From positions 1,054,001-1,118,000 of the forward strand of contig CP145410.1 in the NCBI GenBank assembly GCA_036867785.1: a DNA stretch of 64,000 nucleotides, in the 5' to 3' direction. The notes beneath the pieces are model-generated. The model searched no databases, was not told where the DNA came from, and worked only from the letters and a program-made list of their open reading frames with translations. Origin of the DNA: Plasmodiophora brassicae. Its lineage: Eukaryota. The position numbers and the translations under genes are program-made. Below are positions 1-12,467 of the stretch, in pieces; within the stretch, counting starts at the first letter, position 1, and every line of letters starts with the position of its first letter.

Positions 1-937
1 CCGTTGGCAATGACCGCGTTGCAGAAAAGCTCAACGAAGACTGAAGGGAGAGAGTTGCCTTTGTGAATATTTAGCCCAGGCGCAAATACCTCTGCCCCGA
101 AGACAACTTACCCGGCAACTTGAGAGTATTCAGATGCGTATTCTGTGACAGAAGCGACAGTGTCGACTGAAAACTCGACAGCTGCTCACAGCTCAGCATC
201 TCCGCTAAGACCGGGTTATCTTCGAGCAGGAACGCTTTCATCTGTGGAGTAGTCGAATGGATCTCGAGTAGCGCCGTCTTCAGGCTTTCAACGTTCGCAG
301 AATGCTCGTCCGAATTCCTGTTCGACAGAATCACGTGAGCAGTGTTTGCGTTTGCTGGGGAGCGCCAGTTGACGTTGAGTTCAATGATATGAGGGTTCTT
401 CTGCAACGCATCCAACAATGCCTCGTCGGCCACCGCTGTCGACGGACGAAGCTGGTTAGCCGCCCATATCTTCATGTTGTGCTGCACCTGCAGACCCGAT
501 AGGCATTGCCCCAGAGCAACGAACCCCGTATCTGTTATCAGGTTCTGGTTCAAGTTCAGCTGCGACAGATGTGGAAACCGGCCGTCTGAAAGCAGCTTGC
601 AGAATGCTATCAAGAATTCATCAGACACGAAGGACCTCTGAAGACGGCCGTCAGGTGAGTCGTTTGCGTCATTGCAGTGCACCCGATTTACCTGAAGACT
701 CAGCGTTTCCAGGACAGTTACCTCACTTAGCGCATTGAGAAAGCGGCTATAGGCGACTTGACGAATCCCGGTGGCCAGACGCGACATGAACGGATTATCG
801 GTTAGGAAAACGTGGCGTTCCTCGCGGCGATGACTGAGAAAGGCGATAACGTCATCTAGGTTGCCGAACTGGACGTATCCAGCCGACTGCAGAGAGCGTC
901 GCGGTGACAGAATCGCACCGGCGCCTTCGCCCTTCAT
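1..937 (-). CDS. RNI-like leucine-rich repeat protein (tropomodulin-like LRR); 3' end probably runs off the window
   Basis: ORF 71..937 contains LSQLNLNQNLITDTGFVALGQCL and NQLRPSTAVADEALLDALQKNPHIIELNV, which resemble tropomodulin/RNI LRRs; a second repeat block begins near the ORF end. Confidence 0.55.
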
Positions 938-1010
938 ACTGAACCCCGTGCCGATTTATGGTCCGTGCGTACGCCGCCCATTCTGGATTTGCCTCCGTAT
1001 TGACAACTCG

Positions 1011-1082
1011 ACACACAAAGTGTCAGCCACACACAAAGTGTCAGCCACACACAAAGTGTCAGCCACACACAAAGTGGCAGCC
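1011..1082. repeat. 18-bp minisatellite (ACACACAAAGTGTCAGCC) x4
   Basis: Three perfect copies at 1011, 1029 and 1047 and a fourth at 1065 with one mismatch. Confidence 0.95.
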
Positions 1083-1485
1083 TCGTACACACTAGAACCG
1101 GTACGGTGGATGTACAGCGTCTTGCGTCGACGACAAACTTTAGACAACGAACCATCAGGCAGATGAGGCGGAAAATTGTTCCCCTACCATTCGAGTGATG
1201 ATGCCAGGTCTCGGGAACCTCCGCGTAGACTAATTCGACTGATGATGCAAAGTGAAGGAAATTCCAGGTACAGAACAAACGTGGCTACCTTGTTGTGCTA
1301 CCTTGCAGGTGTGCACTGTGCAGTCAGCACCCTGATTGGTGATTGCGCGGAACACGTGCAAGTACAAGTTTGTGATGCTGCTGGAATTTTTTGTTCGACA
1401 TTTTGTGGCGTTTGGCTGCGCGTCGCGATTATCAGTTTGGCGTTCACAGAGCGAGCGGCTGGCGTTTGGTCGGCCGTGACGAACG

Positions 1486-3274
1486 ATGGTTGTTTCCGCC
1501 GTCTTCATCATGGACCTGAACGGCAAAGTTATCATCTCCCGTAACTACCGTGGCGACATCCCGATGACTGTTGCCGACACCTTCAAGCAGATTATGTATG
1601 AGAATGCGTCTGTTTTGAATTTAAGCACACGTTGATGAATGATTGTGGGTAGTGCGACAGCTGAAGAAGGGGCGCCATTAACCCCTGTCATCCCTACCGA
1701 AGAGGGATATAGTTTTGTGTACATCACACATTCCAACTTGCTGCTTGTCGCCGTCACGAAAAGGAATTCAAATGCTATGATGATTTTAACATTCCTGTTC
1801 GTACCATACGGGTTATTCGGTACTCGGCACTGAGCTGTACGTGCAGGTATTCGCTTGTCAAGGTTATGATCGATTATTTCCGAGTTCTCGAAGAAGAATC
1901 CATCCGCGACAATTTCGTGATTGTTTATGAACTCATGGACGAAATGATGGACTTTGGTTATCCACAGCACACTGACTCTCAGCTGCTGAAGAAGTACACA
2001 TGTGTTCGATGTCACGGTGGTATACTATGTAACATGTGCGTTCAGGTACATCATGAACGAAAGCCACAAGATGGAAGCCCGTCCTCCTGTTGAGCTGACT
2101 AACGCCGTGAGCTGGCGCGTTGAAGGGATTAAGCACAAGAAAGACGAGGTTCGCATTTAGAAATAGTTTTGATTACGACTCTGATATGGCGGTAGGTCTT
2201 CCTCGACGTCATTGAAAAGCTCAATTTACTTGTCTCCAACACTGGAACAGTTCTCCACTCAGAAATCATTGGGACTCTCAAGATGAAATCGTTCTTAAGC
2301 GGAATGCCCGAGCTGAAACTTGGCCTCAACGACCGTCTTTTGTTCCAGTCACGAAATCCTAGTTCGTTTCCCTTTTTATGTTTCTAAGGCTAGAGTTAAA
2401 GTCAATGTTCTAGATGTCAAATCCAAGACCGTTGAAATGGATGACATCCGCTTCCATCAGTGTGTCCGTCTTGCGCGATTCGAGCAGGACCGCACGATAT
2501 CGGTAGCTATCCCTAGCGTTAACACGAATACCAGCTCTGACTTGCACTTTAGTTCATTCCCCCTGATGGCGAATTTGAGCTCATGTCCTATAGGCTTGAC
2601 ACTCAGGTTGCTTTCGAGTTTTGCGTTGCACTGAGCAAGCTAATGTGTTACGGTCAGGTTCGTCCGCTCTTCTGGGTCGAATGTAAAGTTCAGCCACACT
2701 CCCGGAGTCGAGTGGAGTACATGGTGAAGGCGAAGTCTAGCTTCAAGCGCAAGAGTTCAGCGAACAATGTCAAAATTATCATACCTGTCCCTTCGGTATG
2801 CCAATCTCACAGCACGTAATAGCAACTGACGGCATGTGCTCCCTAGGATGCCGACTCCCCTCAGTTCAAAGCGAGTGTTGGAACAGTGGAATACATTCCA
2901 GAGAAGAACTCTCTTGTATGGAACATCAAGCAGTTTCCAGGTCAGTCAAGCGTCCCTTGACTTTCACCACGTTTTGTGAACGTGCTATTAGGTCAAAGAG
3001 AATATCTTATGAGGGCGGAAATTGGTCTTCCTTCGGTAGAGGCGGAGGAGTCGTCAGAAAGTCGACCACCGATCCGTGTTGAGTTCGAAGTAATTCGTTT
3101 GGGAATTCATAGCTCATGTACTTCGCGTGCTCATTCGTGTGTTAGATTCCCTACTTCACCGTTTCCGGAATTCAAGTGCGCTACTTGAAGATCATCGAGA
3201 AGAGCGGATACCAGGCGCTCCCATGGGTGCGCTACATAACACAGAACGGCGAATACGCCCTTCGTATGAACTGA
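1486..3274 (+). CDS. AP1M: AP-1 adaptor complex mu subunit (multi-exon)
   Basis: MVVSAVFIMDLNGKVIISRNYRGD, LEEESIRDNFVIVYELMDEMMDFGYPQ, FHQCVRLARFE and C-terminal YQALPWVRYITQNGEY are all mu-adaptin signatures. Confidence 0.95.
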
Positions 3275-3315
3275 TGCAAACGCTACCGTATAAATGTTAC
3301 ATTGCATCATGTACT

Positions 3316-4428
3316 TTACGTTTCTATCTGGAACAGTTTCGGCCAGCGCTTGCCCGAGATTATCAGTCGTTGCGTCGGAGCGTGAAAGGCAATGCCATTA
3401 AGCACCGAGTCGTAATCTGTTTCGAATCCCAGCTCTTGGATATGCTTTACGATGGATGCCATGGCCAACACTCTCTCCACTTGCCCAGTCAGCGGGTCGA
3501 CGACGATCATATGCGCGTCCATCCATATGTTCGCCCACACCTTGCCTTCAATACACTCAAGCTCATTGATTCGCGGCACGGGTTGTCCTTGAGCAGTGGT
3601 AACCTGCCGAACAATACAACGTCACATTCGCCGCAAAGAGCGGATGCACCCAGATGTACCTTCACAGATCTCTTCTTGGTGAATTCAGCGTCATCGTAGA
3701 AATTGAGTGTATGGGAACCGTCACTAACGACGAATTCACCAGCAGCCGGGAGGTGACAAATGCCCCACCCCTCTGTCTCCAAGTGGTGCTTTCGCACAGT
3801 CTTAAGCGTATGCTTATCGTAAACCAAGACGACATGTTCCCTCCACGTCAGCTGGTACACTGTATCATCGACAACGGTAAGGCCCTCGCCAAACAGCTCC
3901 GCGTCCAGCGCCCTGCCCGGATTCCATATTGTAAGAGCAGTAATTCGGCTGAATTTAAACGTTCTTACCGTTCACGTATAATCCGGCCTGATGTTATATT
4001 CCATAGCCGAACGAATGATTTTCCGTACAGTCCACCACTTTCCCATAGCAACTCGGCATGCTCATCGTCAGGTTCAAACTCGATTCCTTGCAGAAAAGCT
4101 TTAACGAACGTGTTATACTGGGATCCTGACGCTTCAAGACAATACGCGACTTACAGTTAGTATCATGAACGAATTCGTGAACGACACGAGGCGTCTCAGG
4201 TACAACGACACGAGGCGCCTTAGGTACCAGGTTTGAAGGGGGCACATCCATCACAGTCATCGTCGATCGCAATGCCGGTGTCGACAGAACAGCATACCAG
4301 CCAGCGCTGCACAGCGCTGCGATAACGATGACAGCGGGTCCGACAATACCCCATGAGCAACTCCGCTCATATCTGGGTGCACGCTGCCTGCCTGCCTGGT
4401 TCATCTGCCGCCGCCGCTGGCGAACCAT
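3316..4428 (-). CDS. Glutaminyl-peptide cyclotransferase, plant/bacterial type I, N-terminal membrane anchor (multi-exon)
   Basis: Motifs ESGGLYG, YQLTWRE, EGWGI, VSDGS, INELE...WANIW and VLNGIA...SGKRWP; hydrophobic segment near the N-terminus. Confidence 0.9.
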
Positions 4429-4795
4429 TCATTGACCGATTCCACGAATGCTGCTCGTCTGCGTTAGCCGCTGTAATGAACGCGGCCACGCCCACAGTGG
4501 TGGACCAATCCGAATCGGCGCGCGCAGCGTGTCCTGTCAATCGGCAGCCACGGATGCTTGACAATGGGCATACGCCATACGGACATTCGTGGCACCCTGC
4601 GATGACGGCGATCGTTGCCCGTTCCCGCCAAGCGCTGTTCTGCTCCGCCACCTTTGCAGATGGTAGCGAAGCTGCACATGCGAAGAACGGAAAGAGCGGG
4701 TTGACGTTTCAGTGGGAGAAAAACGCGTGCTCGTGCAGACTCGCAGCGGTTTATTTAAGCAGTAGGGAGTACTTGGCACGCATTGTAATTTTGTC

Positions 4796-6922
4796 ATGGG
4801 GACGGATACCGGCCCGCTGGAGCCGCTGCCGATCAACGCCGACACGATCTCTATAGATGGCTTGTCGAGACGGCAGAGGCAGTGCCTGTTGATGATTTTC
4901 GCAGGAGCGCTGCGCGCCTCGCCAGAGTTCGGCGAACCTATCCTAGCCGACCTGGCCGGGTACCTGGATTTGCCCGGCGCCGACGAAATGACATCGATGG
5001 CGGCACCATTGCTGGAGCATGACATCGATATTTCGCCGTTCGTTGATGACCTGGAGCTGCCGGCTCTTTCGGAACGTGCCCGACTCGTACTCATTCTCCT
5101 GCATTTCTCCCTCGTTCGATTCAAAGCCTATGACTCCCGAATACGCGTTGCAATGTTTGCTCTTACAGACGCTCTCCATGTCGCAAGGTCATCCTTTAAC
5201 GTGCGTTTGCAAACTTGCTACTGATCTTCCTGTTAGGACTTGGCTATACAATGAGGAGTCTTTATATATCACCCTGCTGCTCGCAGAAGACACGAACCCC
5301 GATGCGACAGTGAAGAAGCGGAAACAACGGCTAAGTAAATGGCTCAAGGTTGGACGCGAATGTGCTATATACTAGTTGAATGATCGACTTCTTACGTCAT
5401 GTAAAAAAGGTTGGCGCTGCCGCTGCCGTCGGAACGGGACTGATGGTTGTTACTGGCGGGTAATCGATGTGATGGGTTGTTATTCGTTTACCAGTAACCA
5501 TCATCTGTTTTGCTTCGCCAGTTTAGCAGCTCCTGCAATTGGTGCCGGCATATCAGCTCTGGGCATAACATCTGTTGGTGCATTTCTTGGGACGAGTACG
5601 CTCTCTGGATACCGCTGCAATCCCTGCGATCGTACTGACCAGGATGTGGTGACAGCAACCGGAGCGGCGATTCTGACCGGGCTCTTTGGGGTTGGTGGCG
5701 GTGGTCTGGCCTCCTACAAGATGCATCGACGCGTGGGCGACCTGTCAAATTTCGACTTTCGTCCGATTTGCAACGGTCCCATGAATTATGGACGCATTTG
5801 ACTTTTGGAAAATGTGATTCATGTTTACCAGACGGGTCGATTCACGTCATGATCACTGTTTCCGGGATTCTCTTTGGCGAACATCAATCCAGCCTCGATG
5901 TCTGGGGGCCGCTCTCTGCGACTATTGAGGCAACTTGTGCTGATGCATTTACACTGGAAGTAACGGAACGGTAGTGGTGCCTACCCGAAAGACTGCTAAG
6001 CAGCGTGATGCAGTGGCAGACAGAAGCCCAGATCGATGCAGGACGATGTGTCTCCGACTTCCTGACCACGCAGGCAAGCGGGATCGTAGTTCAGCATGCC
6101 CTTCAAGAAACAATAGTAAGCATATGTAATGTTTATATTAGTACTGTCGAATAACGATTGGACACGACCAGCTTGGCGGTGTAGCTGCTGCAGTTGCAGC
6201 GCCTGCTGCTGTCTTGTCCACCGGTGGATACCTAATTGATAACCCCTGGGGCGTTCTCATCTCCAAGGTCTTGGGATCTCAAATTCGCGGATTCCTCCTG
6301 CTGATTAACCAAGTTGACCTTGTCAGGCTGACAGAGCTGGCGACGAACTCGGGCACGTGCTGCTTCAAAGGCTTCACGGGGGACGGCCTGTCGTCTTAGT
6401 CGGGTTCTCAGCTGGGGCTCGCGTTATTGTCCGCGCTTTGGAACATCTGCATGCCAACAAGGGCTTTGGCATTGTACAGGACGTATATATACTTGGCTGT
6501 CCGTACTGGCCCTCACACGGCTGGAGCCGAGTACGAGAAATTGTAGCTGGAAGGTATTTTGAAACTTCCATCCGCGATTCGCCATATAACGTGTGTTGCA
6601 GAATTGTGAATGCCTACTCGCCTGACGATTGGTATTGGGAACTGTCTGGTCCGCAATTCGAGTACTCACGTTGGGAACTTAGGGTTATGAAAGTCGTGTA
6701 CCGAGCTGTGACAGCATCATTTTCTGTTTGCGCATTGGGGCCTACGAACTGTCCGGGCATTGAGGATATCAATGTCAGCCATATTGTAACTAACCACGGT
6801 TCGGATGAATGGCAGCTTGTTGTCCATCGTCCTCAGTGAATAGTCTGACAGGCCACTATATCAAGAAGCTTCCCGAGGTACTTGGTGCCGTCGGTCTCGG
6901 GCCAGCTTCGCCTACAGCGTAG
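4796..6922 (+). CDS. TMCO4/DUF726 family alpha/beta-hydrolase-like membrane protein (multi-exon)
   Basis: YDSRIRV, GLFGVGGGGLASYKMHRRVGD, IDNPW, RPVVLVGFSAGARVI and NAYSPDDW match DUF726. Confidence 0.88.
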
Positions 6923-7208
6923 CGAATCCCCACTGTTGCCTGTGCGTCCTATATCTTATGTATAGTCTATCAGGAATACATAGCTTTACTTGCAGACCGT
7001 TGAAGAGAGGACCTGTGTTTGGTAGGCCGCGCGAAGTCCACTGTTTCTACCAGGTTTTGTCGTAGTGTACGGTATGTAGCGCAAAAGGCCGTTCTGCCCA
7101 AAAATCAAGGGGCACCCGCATCCCACGCGACTCGCGACTGTTACCTGGATTGGAACTTGGAAGTAAACGGGCGGCGCTTCGTTGGCAGCAGGTAGCCGCA
7201 CCAGCTCG

Positions 7209-8697
7209 ATGGCGGGCGTGGTTGATCCCGGCGCCAGGTTGAATTCCCTGATTTGCGCTCGTTGTTACCGGAATTAACTAGTCTGCTTGGACAGTCCCGA
7301 TGTGGACGGCCTGGCCTTCCCGGGGTTGGCGTCTCAGGTCTCGGATGAGCATGAACTGACGAAGGAATTGTCGCAGTATCGCGAATCGTTCTCAAAATTA
7401 AAGTAAGGTATAAATAACGACAACGTCGCTACAGTCTAATTGACGACACTGACTAGGTTTAACATTTGCGAACTGGAGACGAAGCAAGGTTGACAGCAAT
7501 CGATTGTTTTGTTACTTGTAGGAGCTGACATACTGCCAGGTGTTCTGGAATCCATATGGAAAGACAAAGTCAGCGTAACCGACGAAGAGCTTCAGACAAT
7601 TGAAGACCGTTGTACCAGTGCCAAAGCTGCGTTCAAGGTCGCCAACGTATGTCTCGCCGTATCAGATTCGCTTAACGCTGAGTTAGGCGTCAAAAGCCGA
7701 GGTCGCCCGGCTCGAGAAAGATGTCGTTGCGCTATGCGACTCGGTGGCGAGAAAATGGCACACCCTGGCTTTGCGTCGTTCGTCTGTGGCTGATGTTGAA
7801 GCCATGCGCGAGAAAACCGCGGCAACAATCGCATCCGGCCCTCCTTCAGAACGCTTCGGCCGTGTTGACTCTGACACAATGGCGATGGACACGGATGCCA
7901 AATGCGAAGCGGTGCTGGGCGCTCAGGTTGCTGTGATTCAGGAGCTGTCGTCATCAATCCAGCAGTTAAAAGATGAAGTCGAGCGGCTGTCCTGGGACGC
8001 GGATACGCTCCAGAAACAGTTGTCCAGCATGCCGAACCACCCGTCAAGCACTGAGGCGTTGGAGCCCGATGAGGTGGCTGTCGCCGAAGAGCTTGCTTCT
8101 TTAATCGAGTTCATCGCAGGCATTGAATTGGTCGTCATGAATGACAACGAGGTTTCCGTCAAACTCACCGATGAGCGGCGCACCCTTCTCGTTCGTTTCG
8201 ACCCGACGAACTTGTCCGTTGTAGCCGCTCGCCTCGAACCTGTCTCGGATGACGATCCTGTCTCGATTGACGACATTGTCGAATGGTGTATCGAGTCTCG
8301 TGAGGACACAGGCCTGACGTTTCTCGTCAACGAGGTTCGCGAACGCATTGCAGCGACCCGTGAGCGCCGCGCTAGAATCAATCGTCTGTCGGAGGCCATT
8401 CCTTCGTGCACCGAAACTCTCAAATCGATCATCGTCCCGGTGCCTGACACTGATCTCGTTTGCACACTGGAGGTTCCGTGCGATTTCGACGGTGCCAAGG
8501 CGGTCATCGTCCAGTTCGACGTTGGTCCTCCTGGCTTGACGGAAGAGAAAGCCGAGGCCCTGGTAGACGCCATCAACAGCGATCCAGACGCTCCGATTGA
8601 TCTCGTCGAATTCATTCGCAGCATCGGCACTCGAGTACGGTTCTGGCTCGACCAATCTCCTAATGCTAGCGAAGGCGGCGAAGGAGCTTCCCCGTAA
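7209..8697 (+). CDS. Coiled-coil plus tandem RWD-like protein, possibly a Zwint-like kinetochore subunit (multi-exon; long last exon from ~7688)
   Basis: Coiled coil QELSSSIQQLKDEVERL followed by beta-rich LLVRFDP...IDDIVEWC...LTFLVNEVRERI; start ATG 7209 inferred by splicing. Confidence 0.45.
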
Positions 8698-8751
8698 TGC
8701 TTAATTAACGATGCGTGTTATCCTTTCGCGGCCCATTTTCCCAAGACGCCC

Positions 8752-9092
8752 TCACAGCTGGCTGCCTGCCGCAGACGCGTACAAACATTAAGTAAACATC
8801 ATTGTCGTGAAACGTACCGCTGTCACCTTCCGCTGCTTGGTCCCGCTGGTTTTTGATCTCTTTGACCTTGTCCCGTAGTGCACCCTGCGCGAAGATGATC
8901 GGGTGAGCACATGATCTTGGCATGAACGCACACGCGCCCTTGCCACACCATGTAGCATTCACGATACTGTTTGAATTCGTCGATGCACCCTTCCTGGAGG
9001 TTGCCGCGCAGGAACTCGCCCTTGTACCATTTGCTGAAGCACTCGTCGTAGACGTCCTTCACGTCCTTGCACCTCGCCTCGAATTGCGACAT
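8752..9092 (-). CDS. MDM35: Mdm35/TRIAP1 mitochondrial intermembrane-space twin CX9C-type protein
   Basis: MSQFEARCKDVKDVYDECFSKWYKGEFLRG...CIDEFKQYREC; two short introns. Confidence 0.9.
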
Positions 9093-9323
9093 GGTCGCGT
9101 TTCGGTCGCTCTGCAACGATAGTCCGTGACGAGAGTGGGCACGGGGCGCGCCCCCCGCTTCAGTTCGCTCTCAGTCCTGGCCGCAATGTAAATTGAACGA
9201 ACAAGGGCACCCGGACTCGAGCTCGAATGCTCTCCCTCACTGAGGACGCGGCCTTCCTGTGACATAAACATCGTCTTTCCGTCTCCCTGCTACTTCACGG
9301 TTCGCAGTACGCGGCAGACACAG

Positions 9324-10397
9324 ATGTCGGGTTCGTTAGAAGACGCGGCATCGAGCCATCTGAACAATCGCCACCGGCAGCAAGTCGTCGACTACTTGAA
9401 ATACTTCCGCACGAAACGCGAGCAGCACTTGCGCGAGATGCAGCGAACGTTCGACGAAGTGAAGGACACGAGGCTGCTGGAAGACGTGTACACACATGAA
9501 GATGTCGTCGACATATTTGACGCGCTACAAGTCCTGCTCAAGAGCAATACCAGTGATGAACTAGCTAACTTTACGCACACGAGCGTGCTGTTCATCAGGC
9601 AGCTGTTCCTACAGGCCGAAGGGCACAACATCCAATTACGAATCGATACCTCCAAACTTGACGACGAGTATTGAGCGGCGCTCTTAATTGCCATGATTTA
9701 TTCTGAATCAGTCTCTAGGGTCCTACTTAAAGACATCGACCAGATGGATTCTGTGAAAGAAGCCACTGTGAACATTGCCAATTTGCCACCGGTAGGACGG
9801 TGATGTCTCTTGCAATGTGTATGGTTGCTGACCTGGCATGGATGCCCATCGAAGCCATCAAAGGTGCGTCTCGGTGCAATTTCTGGAGGCGTTGTCGACA
9901 CCAACTTGGTGACGCAAATCAAGGAGCTCACGGCGGAGAACGCGCGATCGCAACAACGGATCGACGCGCTGAAAGCCCAGGTCGTATCGTTATGCCTCGT
10001 CAGCGCTCCACTCTCATACGGCTTGCTCAGCTGGCGGAACTGTCACAAAAGAACAGCAAGCTTGATGACCAGTTGGCTCACCAAGACGCCGAGCTGCGAA
10101 CGTTCAAGGACGGTGCGTCGCGCTCCTCACCCGGCGAAGCAGCTCAGTTAACGGTGAACGGACCATTCCTGACCCACCATCGGCCGTGCATCTAACCCCG
10201 AGCGCCGTCAGGCCCAGCTGGCGGAAGCGCGAGCCGAACTAGCCGATACCCGCAAACTGTTGGACGCGAAAGTGTCGGCGACGACCCAGTTCCAGGAGCT
10301 ACGCAAGATCGTCGCCAGGAAGAACGCGCAGATCAAGACGATGAAGGCGCGCCTCGCGGAGGTCGACCCGAGCTTCTCCATGGACTCGATCGCATAG
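9324..10397 (+). CDS. LZTFL1: Leucine zipper transcription factor-like 1 (BBSome regulator, BBS17)
   Basis: HRQQVVDYLKYFRTKR...DTRLLED...LFIRQLFLQAE and C-terminal FQELRKIVARKNAQIKTMK. Confidence 0.9.
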
Positions 10398-10465
10398 GTG
10401 CAGAAATACATTCGCCGTTGGCGTTGCTGGCGCGTGTTCCCGTCCCGCAGTTCGCGGTGCGCGCG

Positions 10466-11082
10466 ATGATGATGTTCAGGGTCGCCGCCGGCGCCCGGCA
10501 CCTGGTAGCGCGGCCGATGTGCACCGTCGGGCGACGACCGGCAGCCGTATGGTCACCTGTGTCTGGCCCGTCGAGAACGCTGCTGAACCGGCGATGGTGC
10601 GCGTCGAAGGCGCCCCTGGAGCAGACGCCGCTGGAACAAGCGACGGCGGCCGCCCAGAAGGCACCCGGCAAGTTGCGCGACCTGTGGAACAAGTACGGTG
10701 TCGTCGCTGTCTCGACATACGCTGTCACGTATGTATCGACGCTGGGCCTTATCTACGCCCTCCTCGAGTCCCCGTTCCTGTCGCCCGGCGACTCCCTTCG
10801 CCTGCTGGATTCCATTGGAGCCGGTTGGCCATCAGGTATCGCCACTGCACGACCGACGATTGAACGTTCGCCCTTAGGCCGAATATTTGACCTGTCTCAA
10901 ATCAATCCCAAAGCGGGAAGCTTCGCCGTTGCCTGTAGGTGTCTGTCTACCCAGTCGACTGGCGTACCCTGACTGATTAACGTTGGCCAGGGATTCTGGC
11001 CAAGTTCACAGAGCCGCTGCGCCTCGGTTTCACTGTCCTGGTCACGCCAAGGATCGCACTTTGGATCCGTCGTGGGAAATGA
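10466..11082 (+). CDS. FAM210/DUF1279 mitochondrial membrane protein
   Basis: Arg-rich presequence, KLRDLWNKYGVVAVSTY and AKFTEPLRLGFTVLVTPRIA. Confidence 0.8.
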
Positions 11083-11227
11083 GCGACCCGGTATCGTGGA
11101 ACGACTGTCCCCACCGACAAACAGCAATATATACAACTCCATGTAGGTCGTGCCCGTTATAACACGTCGTGCCGGTGTGATCGCATTAGGGTACAGCAGT
11201 GCCTATGCGTCGCGGGATACGGCGACC

Positions 11228-12285
11228 ATGCGGATAGTTGAACGATCCGTCTACGATCCACACAAGTATGAAAGCGTTCCGGACAGCCAGCCGCGGCAGC
11301 GGGCTGTGATCCCCCATGTTGTGCAGCGCCGAATCCCATACGATGATTGGCTGCAGCGCGCGCTGCTCCATCTGGCGAATGTTCGTCATCAGAAGGAGGA
11401 GCAGAGAGCAGGCGCCACGGCCAAGCTGGCGAGCGACCGGGAAATGCGGCACCCGTCCAACATTCGTTTCGATGATTGGCTGCGTCGCAAAAGCGATCTC
11501 ATTGCACAGCGATTGCTGACCGATCGCGCGGACGCTGATATCGTGAGTGCCCGTGCTTTGGTGCATGCGACCTCTGAACTGACGCCCGAGCAGCAAGAAC
11601 GTCGAAAGGATGAACGTCGTACACTGCTGGAGAACGCTGTTCGAGAATGGCATCGACGTGTAGAAAACGCGTTGCGTTGTCGTCGCCAACAGGGACGAGC
11701 CCTCCAAGAGATGTCTGAAACCAGTACAGCCGCCTCCGAACTCGCGACGTGCCAGCTACGTCATCAATCGTACCAGCGTTGGCGGCAGCGGTGGAAGCTG
11801 GAAATGCAACGTCGGAAGAGCAGGTACGTTACGATTTACGTAGGCGGAACACAATGGCCGAATGACTTCGGAATCACCAGGCAGTGTGAGGAGCATTTGA
11901 AACGGCCCGTGGTGGACGTCGCGTATCGACAAATGAAAGTGCAGCAGTGGCGAGCCGAGAAAGCAGCGCTAGAGAAAAATATTCGCCATGAGGTAATTCG
12001 GTTGGTCAGCGAGGACGAACGGCAAACCGAGGCGAGGAGATCCCTCGCGCGTGAGAGGTAAAATGATCTTGTTATGTTCTCTGATGACGTTACTGATACC
12101 ATCCAAGGTTTCGTGCGTGGCTGGAGTCTCATCGACCTTCCGCTGCCGATCCTAATCCGCCTGCTATACAAGTGAACGGTCATCATCAGACGTGGAAGAA
12201 ACGGCCCATCGTGGTGTCATATTCCACCAATACTCCCCAGTTGTTTCGAATGCCTGAAGGCGTTTCCATTGACCCAAAGGAGTAA
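11228..12285 (+). CDS. Coiled-coil protein with repeated (Y/F)xxWL motifs (CCDC34/CCDC181-like)
   Basis: YDDWLQR, FDDWLRRK, YQRWRQR and FRAWLE in a charged helical ORF. Confidence 0.45.
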
Positions 12286-12467
12286 AGGGTCAGCGTCTGA
12301 TTACCCTGCCTAACCTCGAACGTTTCTAAAACAATACGAATGTACCCCGCCCCGGTTGGTACGTATGATACGTATCAGGTGTCTGGGACAGGTACCGTTC
12401 GCCAATCGCGGGGGTTGTGTGGGGCCTGCAAAGTGCGGAGCCGCGGTGTCGTGGCAGTCGACGCCCA

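Noticed and set aside
1011-1082. CRISPR array
   Set aside because: The repeats abut with no spacers, there are no cas genes, and the context is eukaryotic
7938-8655. Long minus-strand ORFs
   Set aside because: Shadows of the plus-strand gene in GC-rich DNA
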